This document shows positions 29,728 to 40,100 of a DNA stretch of 64,000 nucleotides, in pieces. This DNA is from an uncultured bacterium. Lineage in GTDB: Bacteria > Krumholzibacteriota > Krumholzibacteriia > Krumholzibacteriales > Krumholzibacteriaceae. The position numbers were made by a program, and so were the translations under genes. Position 1 is the first letter of the stretch, and each line of letters starts with the position of its first letter. The notes below the pieces were generated by a model. The model did no database searches. It had not been told where the DNA came from and saw nothing but the letters and a program-made list of their open reading frames with translations. The stretch is from positions 1-64,000 of the forward strand of contig CAWFAD010000016.1 of the NCBI GenBank assembly GCA_963813815.1, written 5' to 3'.

Positions 29728-30546
29728 TCAGCCGAACACGTTCGGAACGTGCTTGATCTTGTCGTAACACATGTCGGGCCCGTCGACGCAGAGGTAGTAG
29801 TGCCCGACGTTGCAGCGGCCGCACTTTCCCATGCCGCAGGACATCTTGCGGTTCATCGAGAGATAGATCTGCGGCGGCTGGTAGCCGACCTCGAGCAGCT
29901 TCAGCGTGACGAACTTGAGCATGATCTCGGGGCCGCAGGAGAGCGCGATCGAGTTGTCGAGATCGATGTCGAGGCCGTCGAGGAGCGTCGTGACGAGCCC
30001 CACCCGGCCGTTCCATCCCGCCGCCGGCACGTCGATCGTGTTCGTGAAGTCGACGTTCGACGCGACCTTTCCCCAGCCGTCGTACTGCCGCTTGAAGCAG
30101 AGCTCCTCGGGGCTCCGGGCCCCGTACTTGATCGAGACCCTCTTGTATTTCTTCGGATTTTCGATCAGGGCGTAAATGAGGGAGCGCAGCGGCGCGAGCC
30201 CCACGCCTCCGCCCACGACGAGAACTTCCTTCCCCTCGAGCTTCTCGAGCGGATAGCCCTTGCCGAACGGCCCGCGCAGCCCCACCTCGGCGCCCGGCTT
30301 GAGCGCGTGGAGCGCGTCGGTGATCTTGCCGGTGCGGAGTATCGAGATCTCCATCTTCTCCGCGACGCTCGGGGAGGAGCTCGGCGTGAACGGCGCCTCG
30401 CCGTACCCGGGCACGGAGAGCTGCATGAACTGGCCGGCCTTGAACTTGATCGGGCGCGAGGGCACGAGGACGAACGTCTTGATCGTCGGCGTTTCGACGA
30501 CGACGTCCTCGACGACGGTCTCGATGGGATAGTACGGGTTCTTCAT
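29728..30546 (-). CDS. FAD/NAD(P)-binding 2Fe-2S subunit (AsrB / sulfhydrogenase gamma-like)
   Basis: GQF..GEAPF, RGPFGKGY, VGGGVGLAP, CGPEIM, MSCGMGKCGRC..CVDGP. Confidence 0.9.
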   Translation of the reverse strand: MKNPYYPIETVVEDVVVETPTIKTFVLVPSRPIKFKAGQFMQLSVPGYGEAPFTPSSSPSVAEKMEISILRTGKITDALHALKPGAEVGLRGPFGKGYPLEKLEGKEVLVVGGGVGLAPLRSLIYALIENPKKYKRVSIKYGARSPEELCFKRQYDGWGKVASNVDFTNTIDVPAAGWNGRVGLVTTLLDGLDIDLDNSIALSCGPEIMLKFVTLKLLEVGYQPPQIYLSMNRKMSCGMGKCGRCNVGHYYLCVDGPDMCYDKIKHVPNVFG

Positions 30547-30549
30547 GCC

Positions 30550-31614
30550 CTAGGCTTTCTTGCTCCCGGCCTTTTCCTTGATCGTGCGCAGCGACTCCCG
30601 CATGTCGATGCTCGCCGAACAGGTGTCGACGCAGCGGCCGCAGCCCGTGCAGAACACGGCGCCGTGGCTCTCCACGAGGTAATCGAATTTATGGAAATAG
30701 CGGTGCTTCACGCGGTCGGCGAGTCGCGGCCGCGGGTTGAGCATTCCCGCCATCCGGGCGTACCCGGTCACCTGGCAGGAATCCCAGGTGAATATTCTCT
30801 GGAAATGGTCCCCGCCCGCCCGCTGGTCGAAGAGCAGGAAGCAGTAGCAGGTCGGGCAGATGTTGGTGCAGGCGCCGCATTCGACGCAACGCGCCGCGAT
30901 GGCGTCCCAGGCTTCGCTCTGCAGCGACGCGCGGACGATCTCGGTGAGCTTGGCGTCGGCCTTCGGAAAGGCGCGGTTCTGCTCCTCGAGCTGCTTCACG
31001 ACCGCGGCGCGCGTCTCGTCGCGCATTTTGACCTGCGCGTCACGCGCCTCGGTGAAGAGATTGTCGCTCTCCTTGATGAGCTTTTCGCCGCGCGCGCTCG
31101 CCGCCTCGGCGAGATAGCCGCCCTGAATCTTCGCGATCGAAACGTCGCACCCTTTCTCGGGCCAGGGCTTGCCGCCGAGCAGATTGCAGAAGCAGCTCGC
31201 GCCGCATTCGCCGCAGTCGGCGCCGATGAGGATCATCCGGTCGCGGCGGATCTTGTAGAAGGGATCCGTGAACTCCCCCTCGGTCTCCACCTTGTCGACG
31301 AGGGCGAAGGCGGCGAGATCGCAGCCGCGCGCCCCGACGATCACCGTCACGGGGAAGGTCTTCTCGTCCGGCATCTCGTCCCCCTCCGTCGAGGGGTAAT
31401 CCGCGACGGGACAGCGGAGGAGCTGCGCGAAGCTCTTGAGCGGCTCGATCGCGCGCCGGCCGTCGAGGCCGAGGTTTTCGGGAAGCGGGAAGTGCTCGAC
31501 GCGCTCGAAACGGAGCTTGCCCGTTTCGGCGTTGCGCACGGGAACGAAAAGCTCTCCGTCCGTTGAGAGCTTCTTCAGGAAGCGCTCGAAATTGGTTGCG
31601 TCAATAAAATACAT
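30550..31614 (-). CDS. 4Fe-4S subunit (AsrA / sulfhydrogenase beta-like)
   Basis: RGCD, CGASCFC, CVECGACTNICPTCYCF, WDSC, HKF, CTGCGRCVDTC. Confidence 0.9.
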   Translation of the reverse strand: MYFIDATNFERFLKKLSTDGELFVPVRNAETGKLRFERVEHFPLPENLGLDGRRAIEPLKSFAQLLRCPVADYPSTEGDEMPDEKTFPVTVIVGARGCDLAAFALVDKVETEGEFTDPFYKIRRDRMILIGADCGECGASCFCNLLGGKPWPEKGCDVSIAKIQGGYLAEAASARGEKLIKESDNLFTEARDAQVKMRDETRAAVVKQLEEQNRAFPKADAKLTEIVRASLQSEAWDAIAARCVECGACTNICPTCYCFLLFDQRAGGDHFQRIFTWDSCQVTGYARMAGMLNPRPRLADRVKHRYFHKFDYLVESHGAVFCTGCGRCVDTCSASIDMRESLRTIKEKAGSKKA

Positions 31615-31709
31615 GTGCCCGCTAGTCAGAGACAAAATCGACCACTGAAGCTGCAACCGGCCCAACCTTCGAGTCGACGGCGGCCTCAGTGGCCCCCAAA
31701 ACAGCGTTA

Positions 31710-31737
31710 ATTATCCACGAACCCGAGAGGGTGTCAA
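31710..31737 (-). promoter_or_regulatory. Candidate sigma70-type promoter of the hydrogenase operon
   Basis: Minus strand TTGACA-16 nt-GATAAT about 95 bp upstream of the asrA-like start. Confidence 0.5.
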
Positions 31738-31746
31738 TAGGTTTTT

Positions 31747-32670
31747 TTATTTCTCCGCGAGAAGCGCTTCGACCGCTTCCCGGAGCTTCGGGCCCCGCAC
31801 GTTTCTGTACCGCAGAACGCCCTTTCGGTCAACGAGAAACGTCGCCGGGATGGCGTTGACGGCGTAGCTCTTTGCGGCGGCGGTCGCCCAGCCCTTGCCG
31901 TCGTAGATCTGCGGCCAATCCATCTTGTTATCGCGTATGAACTTGTCGAATTTGGCCCTGTCCTCGTCGAGGGAGACGCCGATGACCTCAAACCCCTTTT
32001 TCTTGAGGTCCTTATAGGTCCTTATCACGTTCGGCATCTCCTGCCGGCAGGGGGCGCACCAGGCGGCCCAGAAATCGATCAGCACCACCTTGCCGCGGTA
32101 CTTCGCGAGATCGATCTTCTTCCCCTCGTGCGAGGTGCCGACGATGCCCGCGGCGGGCGATCCGATCTTGATCCGCCGCAGCGCGTCGATGCGGGCGAGC
32201 TCGCTCCGCGCCCCGTCGGAGATGCGCTGGTCGATGGAGAGCCCCGCGTCCACGAGCTCGCGGAAGAGCTTTTCCGCCTCGTCGAAGCGCTCGACGGCGA
32301 GGTAGCTCGAGGCGAGGACCAGCTTGGCCGCAGCCGCCATGGACGCGTTCTTCACCGCGGGGGAGGCCATGAACGCCTCGGTGTGCTCGATCGCCTTGGC
32401 CGTCGATCCCGTGGCCGAGTAGACCGTTCCGAGCGCGAAGTGCGCTTCGCCCGCCTCCGGGGCCTTCGGGTATTTCCTGATGAAATCCCCGAGCGAGCGC
32501 TCGAGGAGCATGAAGTACTCGTTCATGGCCATCGTGCCCTGCTTCGCCCGCAGCTCGTCCGAGAGGCGCTTGTACTCGCGCGCCGCCTCGGTCTCGGCCG
32601 ACGCGCGGTCCGCCGCGGCGAGGGCGGCGAGAGCGATGACGCAGGCGGCGATGAAGGTCCTCATTTTCAT
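31747..32670 (-). CDS. Exported TlpA-family redoxin with N-terminal TPR-like region
   Basis: Signal peptide; GKVVLIDFWAAWCAPCRQEMP; cis-Pro motif AIPATFLVD. Confidence 0.9.
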   Translation of the reverse strand: MKMRTFIAACVIALAALAAADRASAETEAAREYKRLSDELRAKQGTMAMNEYFMLLERSLGDFIRKYPKAPEAGEAHFALGTVYSATGSTAKAIEHTEAFMASPAVKNASMAAAAKLVLASSYLAVERFDEAEKLFRELVDAGLSIDQRISDGARSELARIDALRRIKIGSPAAGIVGTSHEGKKIDLAKYRGKVVLIDFWAAWCAPCRQEMPNVIRTYKDLKKKGFEVIGVSLDEDRAKFDKFIRDNKMDWPQIYDGKGWATAAAKSYAVNAIPATFLVDRKGVLRYRNVRGPKLREAVEALLAEK

Positions 32671-32754
32671 GCGAAGCTCCCTCGGTTCGATCGGTTCAAA
32701 CGCGAAGATGCGCCGCGGGCGGCGCACCTTCGTCGATTCCATATCGAGCTCCGG

Positions 32755-33840
32755 CTACTTGCCGGTCTTCAGTTGCCCGCCGCTCCCCTCCCCCACGCGG
32801 ACGCTCCCGATGAGGTCGAGGTTCAGGATCTTGTACCTCGGATGGTTCGTGTAGATCTTCACGGAGCCCATGTACTGCCCGATCCGGCTCGTGGGCCGCA
32901 CCCAGACGGTTCCGCGGAACGACTTGCCGGGCACGAGCTCCTGTATTTTCACGGTGATGTCGTCGCGGCTCGGCTCGATCTTGAGGATCTCGAGCGAATC
33001 GCCGCGCGCGAGGATGACGTTGAACTGCCGGTCGAAGGTCTTCGTCGCGCCGGGCGGTATCACCATCTCGCTGAAATAGATGCGGTTCGGCTGGAGCTCC
33101 ACGTCGGGCGCGATCGTGATCGAGAGCTGCATTTTCTTCTCCGGGAGCTTCGCGAAATCAGTCGCGAGCACGATCCCGGCGACGAAGCTCTCCGGCGCCA
33201 TCTCTTTCTTGCGCCACACCTTGAGACGATACTTCTTCCCCTTCTCGATCGTCTCGAGCTTGAGCCCGATCCTGTCCTCGTACCCCTTCCGCTTCGACTC
33301 GTCGTCCCAACGGACGCTCGTCAAGTGCACGGCGTTCGGCAGAAGGTTCGTGATGATGCTCTCCAGCTTGAACTCTTCGTCGACGAATCCCGCCCACCTG
33401 AGCTCCCGCGAGAACTCGAACACCTTCTTGATGTTCATCTGAATATTGAGCCCGAAGGTCGCGTTCTGAGGATCGTTCGTCTTGACGGTGTAATGCTTCT
33501 CCGAAAAGCCGGGGTAGAGCTTCCGTCCATCCACCTTTACGTTTATCCGGCCCTCCTTCCCGGGAGGGATGACCTTGTCGTAGTCGGCCACTGAGCAGCC
33601 TCAACCAGGTTTGACGCTCAGGATCTGGAGCTCAGCCGTTCCCCCGTTCTTTACGATGAAGGTGTGGGTGTAATCCTGCCCTTCGAGCACATCCCCGAGA
33701 TTGATCGACTTCTCGGCGATTATCACGATAGGGGTCTTCTCGGGCGCCTTGCCCTTCGGGTTCGCCTGGGCGAACGAGGCGGCCGAGAAAGCTGCGACAA
33801 AGACGAAAACGAGAGCCAACGCAATGATTCTGTTGCGCAT
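32755..33840 (-). CDS. Exported DUF1573-domain protein, probable selenoprotein (in-frame UGA at 33603-33601)
   Basis: ORFs 33601..33891 and 32755..33591 share a frame and are joined by TGA GGC TGC: HTFIVKNGG..LQILSVKPG-U-GCSVADYDKVIPPGKEG, matching the DUF1573 CGC motif. Confidence 0.82.
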
Positions 33841-34004
33841 AGCCTGACTGCCCTCCAACCGGTTTGGTTCCTGAAGGGGCGACGTATCCATACATTATAT
33901 GCAATCGCGGCCCGCGGATTCCACTGAAAAATTCCCGGCGCCTTCGCGCGGGGGCCCTCGCGCGTCCCCGCCAGCTCGCCGGCCGGGCAGCGGGGGGGGC
34001 TCGC

Positions 34005-34033
34005 TTGACAGGGGGGGTCCCGGGCGTTATGTT
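34005..34033 (+). promoter_or_regulatory. Candidate sigma70-type promoter for gdh
   Basis: TTGACA-17 nt-TATGTT, 40 bp upstream of the ATG. Confidence 0.5.
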
Positions 34034-34073
34034 CGCTGGGACGAGAAATCTCGTTCAAGAAAGGATGGGTTTC

Positions 34074-35360
34074 ATGGCCGACAAATCGTTCAACGCCTTC
34101 GAAATGGCCCAAGCCCAGTTCGACCGGGTCGCGGGGCTCCTCGACCTCGACGAGGCGACGCGGCAGCTCCTCAGAGTCAACCTCCGCGAATATCACGTGA
34201 GCATTCCCGTCCGCATGGACGACGGGACCCACCGGGTGTTCCGCGGATTCCGCGTGCAGCACAACGACGCGCGCGGGCCGGCGAAGGGCGGCATCCGCTT
34301 CCACCCGATGGAGACGATCGACACGGTTCGCGCGCTCGCCATGTGGATGACGTGGAAGTGCGCGGTCGTCGACATCCCTCTCGGGGGCGGAAAGGGCGGG
34401 GTCGTGTGCGATCCGCACCACCTGAGCCTGCGCGAGCAGGAGCAGATCTGCCGCGGCTGGGTGAGACAGCTCTCGAGAAACGTGGGGCCCGTCTCGGACG
34501 TGCCGGCCCCCGACGTCATGACGAGCGCCCAGCACATGCTCTGGATGCTCGACGAGTTCGAGACAATCCGCGGGGAGAGGCTCCCCGGTTTCATCACCGG
34601 CAAGCCGGTCGGCATGGGCGGCTCGCTCGGGCGCACCGAGGCCACCGGGTACGGCGTGGTCTTCACGATCCGCGAGGCCCTCAAGGAGCTCAATATCCCG
34701 CCGAGCGAAACGACGGCGAGCGTTCAGGGCTTCGGCAACGTCGCCCAGTACGCCATCGATCTCTACCAGCAGATCTGGGGCAAGGTCGTCTGCGTCTCCT
34801 GCTGGGATCAGACCGACCAGACCTCCTACTCGTTCCGCAAGCGCAACGGCATCGATCTCGCCGAGCTTCGCGGGATCACGGACCGCTTCGGCGGCATCGA
34901 CAAGGCCAAAGCGAAGGAGCTCGGGTACGAGGTCCTTCCGGGCGAGGCGTGGCTCGAGCAGGACGTCGACATCCTCATCCCGGCGGCGCTCGAGAACCAG
35001 ATCACCGCGGCGAACGTGAAGAAGATCGCCGATCGCGTCAAGATCATCGCCGAGGGCGCGAACGGCCCGACGACCCCCGAGGCGGACGCGGCGATCGCCA
35101 AGCGCAAGATTTTCATGATCCCCGATTTCCTCGCGAACGCGGGCGGCGTGACCTGCAGCTACTTCGAGCAGGTCCAGAGCAACATGAACTACTTCTGGGA
35201 AAAGGACGAGGTGCTCGGCAAGCTCGACGTCAAGATGACCTCGGCCTTCGCCGCCGTGAGCGCGCTCGCGAAGAAGCGCAACCTCTACATGCGCGACGCC
35301 GCGTACGTCATCGCCGTCGGACGCGTCGCGCAGGCCTGCAAGGACCGCGGGTGGGTGTAG
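34074..35360 (+). CDS. gdhA: Glutamate dehydrogenase (Glu/Leu/Phe/Val dehydrogenase)
   Basis: KGGIRFHP, MTWKCA, GGGKGG, DVPAPD, GRTEATGYG, QGFGNV, EGANGP, NAGGV..SYFE. Confidence 0.93.
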   Translation: MADKSFNAFEMAQAQFDRVAGLLDLDEATRQLLRVNLREYHVSIPVRMDDGTHRVFRGFRVQHNDARGPAKGGIRFHPMETIDTVRALAMWMTWKCAVVDIPLGGGKGGVVCDPHHLSLREQEQICRGWVRQLSRNVGPVSDVPAPDVMTSAQHMLWMLDEFETIRGERLPGFITGKPVGMGGSLGRTEATGYGVVFTIREALKELNIPPSETTASVQGFGNVAQYAIDLYQQIWGKVVCVSCWDQTDQTSYSFRKRNGIDLAELRGITDRFGGIDKAKAKELGYEVLPGEAWLEQDVDILIPAALENQITAANVKKIADRVKIIAEGANGPTTPEADAAIAKRKIFMIPDFLANAGGVTCSYFEQVQSNMNYFWEKDEVLGKLDVKMTSAFAAVSALAKKRNLYMRDAAYVIAVGRVAQACKDRGWV

Positions 35361-35431
35361 CCCTCCCCGAGGCACGGACGCCGCACGCGCCGCAGCGCGC
35401 GGCGTCCGCCGCGGGAGACAGGTGAGGCCCG

Positions 35432-37189
35432 ATGCGAAGACGTTCGTACAACCCGCACCGCGGCACGCTCACGCGCTTCGCCCGGGAGTTCTACTCGCCG
35501 GCGGAGCGGTTCACGTACATCGGCTCGGGCGAGCTCGGCGGCAAAGCTCACGGGCTCGCCCGCGTCAAAGGCATCCTCGACTCGAAGTTCCGGGGGGCGT
35601 TCGCCCCCGACGTCGAGGTCGCGATCCCTTCCCTCACCGTCATCACGACGGACATGTTCGATCTCTTCATGAAGGAGAACGACCTCTACGAGACGGCGTA
35701 CTCGGGCGACCGCGACGACATCGTCGCGCACGAGTTTCAGCGCGCCTCGCTTCCCGTGCAGCTCGTCGGAGATCTCCGCGCGCTCGTGGAGCAGGTCCGC
35801 TCCCCGCTCGCGATCCGCTCGTCGAGCCTTCTCGAGGACGCCATGTTCGAGCCGTTCGCGAGCGTCTACGCGACCAAGATGGTGCCGAACAACCAGCCGG
35901 ACGCCGACGGCCGTTTCCGGCGCCTCGCCGAGGCGATCAAGTTCGTCTACGCGTCGACCTTTTTCCGCTCGGCGCGCAACTACATGAAGGCGACGCATCA
36001 CGCGACGATCGACGAGAAGATGGCGGTGATCATACAGGAGGTCGTCGGCACGCGCTTCGGCGACCGGTTCTACCCGCACGTGTCGGGAGTGCTGCGCTCG
36101 TACAACTTTTATCCGGTCGGATACGCGAAGCCCGAGGAGGGCGTGGTCGAGCTCGCGCTCGGCCTCGGCCGGACGATCGTCGACGAGGGCGTCTCGTGGT
36201 CGTTCTCGCCCGCGTACCCGGCGATCGGGCCGCCCTTCAAGTCGATGCGGGACATGCTCAAGCACACGCAGACGCGGCTCTGGGCGGTCAACATGGGCAA
36301 GCCCCCCGAGTACGATCCGATCAACGAGACCGAGTACCTCGTGCGCTGCGGCCTCGAGGAGGCGGAGTACGACGGAACCATCCGGCATCTCGCCTCGACG
36401 TACATTCCCGCCGACGACGGCGTCGAGATGGGGATCGAGGCGCGCGGGCCGCGGATCGTCGATTTCGCGCCGATCCTCAAGGGCGGCGTCCTGCCGCTCG
36501 CCGACCTCCTCGGCCGCCTCAAGGCGACGTGCGAGGAGATGCTCGGCGCCATGGTCGAGGTGGAGTTCGCCATGAAGCTCGGCCGCGAGCTCGCCGCCCC
36601 CGCTTCCTTCGGCTTTCTGCAGGTGCGCCCGATGGTCGTCTCGACGGAGGCGGTCGACGTCGGCGAGGCGGAGCTCTCGGGGGAACGCGTGCTTCTCTCG
36701 TCCGAGAACGTGCTCGGAAACGGCGTCCTCGAGACGATCCGCGACGTCGTCTACGTCGACCCCGAGCGGTTCGACGTCCTGAAATCGCGCGACATCGCCT
36801 CCGAGATCGAGCGCCTGAACGGCCCGCTCGTCGAGGCGCGGCGCCCCTATCTCCTCATCGGCTTCGGCCGATGGGGGACGACCGACCCGCTCGGCGGGAT
36901 CCCGGTCGACTTCGGACAAATCTCGGGCGCCGCGGCGATCGTGGAGGCGTCGCTGCCGAACCTGCCCTTCACGCTCAGCCAGGGCTCGCATTTTTTCCAT
37001 AACGTGACGAGTTTCAAGATCCTCTACTTTTCGATCCGCCATCACGACGGACGCGGCATCGACTGGGAGTGGCTGCGGCGGCAGGAGCGGCGGCAGGACG
37101 GCGCCTTCGCGAGCCGCGTCGAGCTCGCCTCGCCGCTCGTCGTGAAGGTGGACGGCAGATGCGGCCGGGGAGTGATACTGCATGCCTGA
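35432..37189 (+). CDS. PPDK_N (ATP-grasp, PEP/pyruvate-binding) domain protein without phospho-His and PEP-binding domains
   Basis: LGGKAHGL, PLAIRSSSLLED, MAVIIQEVVG, LGLGRT, EVEFA, LQVRP, GRWG, SQGSHFF. Confidence 0.85.
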   Translation: MRRRSYNPHRGTLTRFAREFYSPAERFTYIGSGELGGKAHGLARVKGILDSKFRGAFAPDVEVAIPSLTVITTDMFDLFMKENDLYETAYSGDRDDIVAHEFQRASLPVQLVGDLRALVEQVRSPLAIRSSSLLEDAMFEPFASVYATKMVPNNQPDADGRFRRLAEAIKFVYASTFFRSARNYMKATHHATIDEKMAVIIQEVVGTRFGDRFYPHVSGVLRSYNFYPVGYAKPEEGVVELALGLGRTIVDEGVSWSFSPAYPAIGPPFKSMRDMLKHTQTRLWAVNMGKPPEYDPINETEYLVRCGLEEAEYDGTIRHLASTYIPADDGVEMGIEARGPRIVDFAPILKGGVLPLADLLGRLKATCEEMLGAMVEVEFAMKLGRELAAPASFGFLQVRPMVVSTEAVDVGEAELSGERVLLSSENVLGNGVLETIRDVVYVDPERFDVLKSRDIASEIERLNGPLVEARRPYLLIGFGRWGTTDPLGGIPVDFGQISGAAAIVEASLPNLPFTLSQGSHFFHNVTSFKILYFSIRHHDGRGIDWEWLRRQERRQDGAFASRVELASPLVVKVDGRCGRGVILHA

Positions 37190-40100
37190 TCAGCAGCGAA
37201 AGCTGGACGATATCATCCGGTTCTCGCGCGAGCGCGAGAAAGAGCTCGAGTGCCTCTACCGGATCGAGGAGATCCTCAAGAGGCCCGGCATCGACATGAA
37301 CTCGGCGATCAGGGCGATCGTCGACGCGGTGCCGTCGGGATGGCAGTACCCCGAGGTCTGCCGCGCGAGGATCGACATCGGCACCGAAACGTACGCGCCC
37401 CGGGGCTTCAAGGAAACGCCTTGGGCCCAGCGGGCGGACGTCTTCGTGCAGGGGAAAAAGGCGGGCGAGATCGGCGTCTACTACGCGAAGGAGATGCCTC
37501 CCGCCGACGACGGGCCCTTCCTCACGCACGAAGCGAGGCTCCTGCGGGCCATCGCCGATCGTCTCGGGATCTTCATATTTCACCGGCAGGTCGAGCAGGC
37601 CGTCAAGGACCTTCCCGCGCTGCGGCCGGACGAGGGCGGGGGCGACTGGCAGGTCGTTCTCGACATCCTGCGGCAGACCGACCGCAACCTCCTCGTCGCC
37701 ATGAGCGAGCGAATGCTCAATCTCCTCTGCTGGAGCGGCGTCGAGGAAGCGGAGCGGCTGCGCGACGGCGCCGGCGCGCCCGAGCCGGCCGTCAATGACG
37801 AGGCCTCCGGGCTCGTGAACCGGCCCGGCCGGCGCACCGCCATCGAGATCACCGACGAGCGGAGCCGCGAGATCTTCCGCATCGCAGCGGAGCATTACAC
37901 CGACGATCGGCTCCTCGCCTACATACGGAAATGGCTCCTCGACGACAAGCTCAAGTTTCTCGCCCGCGTGGCGAGCCGCAACCTCCCCCTCGCCGAGGTG
38001 ATCGACGCGCTCCGGCAGTACCGCGACATCCGGCTCGACGGCGTGGGGCTGTCGGACGCTTCGAAGACGGGCGTCGTCGTCTCGCTCATCCGCCGGTTCC
38101 TCTCGAGCCAGCTCAACTACATACGAATCGCGAAGAGCTACGTCGACGTGAAGGATTTCTTCGAGTTTCTCGACCGCACGATCTACTCGACGGAGAGCAG
38201 CGGCAAGCTCGGCGGAAAATGCGCGGGTCTCTTTCTCGCGCGGCAGATCATCGAGAAATCCCCCGAGTCGAACGACCTGCTGCGGGCGATCAAGACGCCC
38301 CGGAGCTGGTACATCACCTCCGACATCCTGCTCCGCTTCCTCAGCTACAACAACATGGACGAGGTGGGCGAGCAGAAATACAAGGACATCAACCAGATCC
38401 GCCTCGAATACCCGCACGTGATACAGGCTTTCAAGAACGCGCGCTTCCCGTCCGAGATCGTTCAGGCGCTCTCGGTCGTGCTCGACGAGTTCGAGGACCG
38501 GCCGCTCATCATCCGCAGCTCGAGCCTCCTCGAGGACAGCCTCGGCTACTCGTTCTCGGGCAAGTACCGCAGCCTCTTCCTCGCGAATCAGGGCACGAAG
38601 CAGGAGCGGCTCGAGGCCCTCATGGACGCGATCGCGGAGGTCTACGCCTCCGTCTTCGGGCCCGACCCGATCGAATACCGGGCGGAGCGTGGGCTCCTCG
38701 ACATCAGCGAGGAGATGGGGGTCATGATCCAGGAGGTCGTCGGCACGCGCGTCGGGAACTACTTCTTTCCGGCGCTCGCCGGGGTCGCCTTCTCCAGAAA
38801 CGAGTTCCGGTGGTCGCCCCGCATCAAGCGCGAGGACGGGCTCATCCGCATGGTTCCCGGCCTCGGCACGCGGGCGGTGGACCGCACGAGCGACGACTAT
38901 CCCGTCCTCCTCGCGCCGGGCCAGCCGGGGCTGAGGGTCAACGTGGCGGTCGAGGAGATCGTGTACTACTCGCCGCGAAAGCTCGACGTCATCAACCTCG
39001 AGACGAACACCTTCGAGACGATGGACGCGCGCGAGCTGCTGCGCCGCCACGGCGGAGAGATTCCCATGCTCGAGAAGCTCGTCTCGGTGTACGACGGGCA
39101 ACACCTTCGCCGGCCGCTCGCCATGAGCGTCGACACCGAGAGAGACTCGCTGTCGTTCACCTTCGAGGGCCTCATGACGGACGGCGTCTTCGTGCCGCAG
39201 ATGAACGGCCTCCTCAAGCTGCTCGAGTCGAAGCTCGGCACGCCGGTCGACATCGAGTTCGCGCACGACGGCCGGGATTTCTACCTCCTTCAGTGCCGGC
39301 CCCAGAGCTTCGGCGAGGACGCCGCCCCCGCCCCGATACCGAAGGACGTGCCGCCGGACTCCGTCGTCTTTTCCGCCCGCCGCCACGTCTCGAACGGCCG
39401 CGTGCCGGACATCACGCACATCGTGTACGTCGATCCGGAGCGGTACGGGGAGCTCGCCGGAGCGGAGCGACCTCGTCGCCGTCGGGCGCGCCGTCGGACG
39501 CCTCAACAAGCTCCTTCCGAAGCGGCAGTTCATTCTCATGGGCCCCGGCCGGTGGGGAAGCAGGGGCGACATCAAGCTCGGCGTCAGCATCACCTACTCC
39601 GACATCAACCGAACGGCCGTGCTCATCGAGATCGCGCGCCGCTCGGGGGGATACACGCCGGATCTCTCGTTCGGAACGCACTTCTTCCAGGATCTCGTCG
39701 AGGGAGAGATCCGCTACCTGCCCCTCTACCCCGACGACGAGGGGATCGTCTTCAACGACCGCTTTCTCAGCGGATCGCCCAACATCCTCGCCGATCTGCT
39801 CCCCGAGTACGCGCACCTCGCCGGCGCGGTGAAGCTCATCGACGTGCCGCGCGCCACGGGCGGAAAGGTGCTGAGGGTTCTCATGAACGCCGAGCTCAAC
39901 GAGGCGATCGGCATCCTCGCGGAGCCCCAGACGGGGACCCGGCTCGCCCCGGCGGCGCCGGAGGAGGGGGCGCGGCCGGCGGAGCAGTTCTGGGTGTGGC
40001 GCCTCCACATGGCCGAGCGCCTCGCGAGCGAGCTCGACGCCGGACGCTTCGGGGTCGTCGCCCTCTACGTGTTCGGCAGCACGAAGAACGCGACCGCCGG

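Noticed and set aside
29728..31614. Anaerobic sulfite reductase AsrABC
   Set aside because: No siroheme AsrC subunit; the genes head a hydrogenase operon
31711..31719. DnaA-box-like TTATCCACG
   Set aside because: A single mismatched copy overlapping a likely -10 element; no box cluster or origin context
39440..39480. Programmed frameshift producing an optional NTase fusion
   Set aside because: No slippery sequence; the shift falls inside a domain that is continuous in the upstream paralog; same error pattern as three other genes
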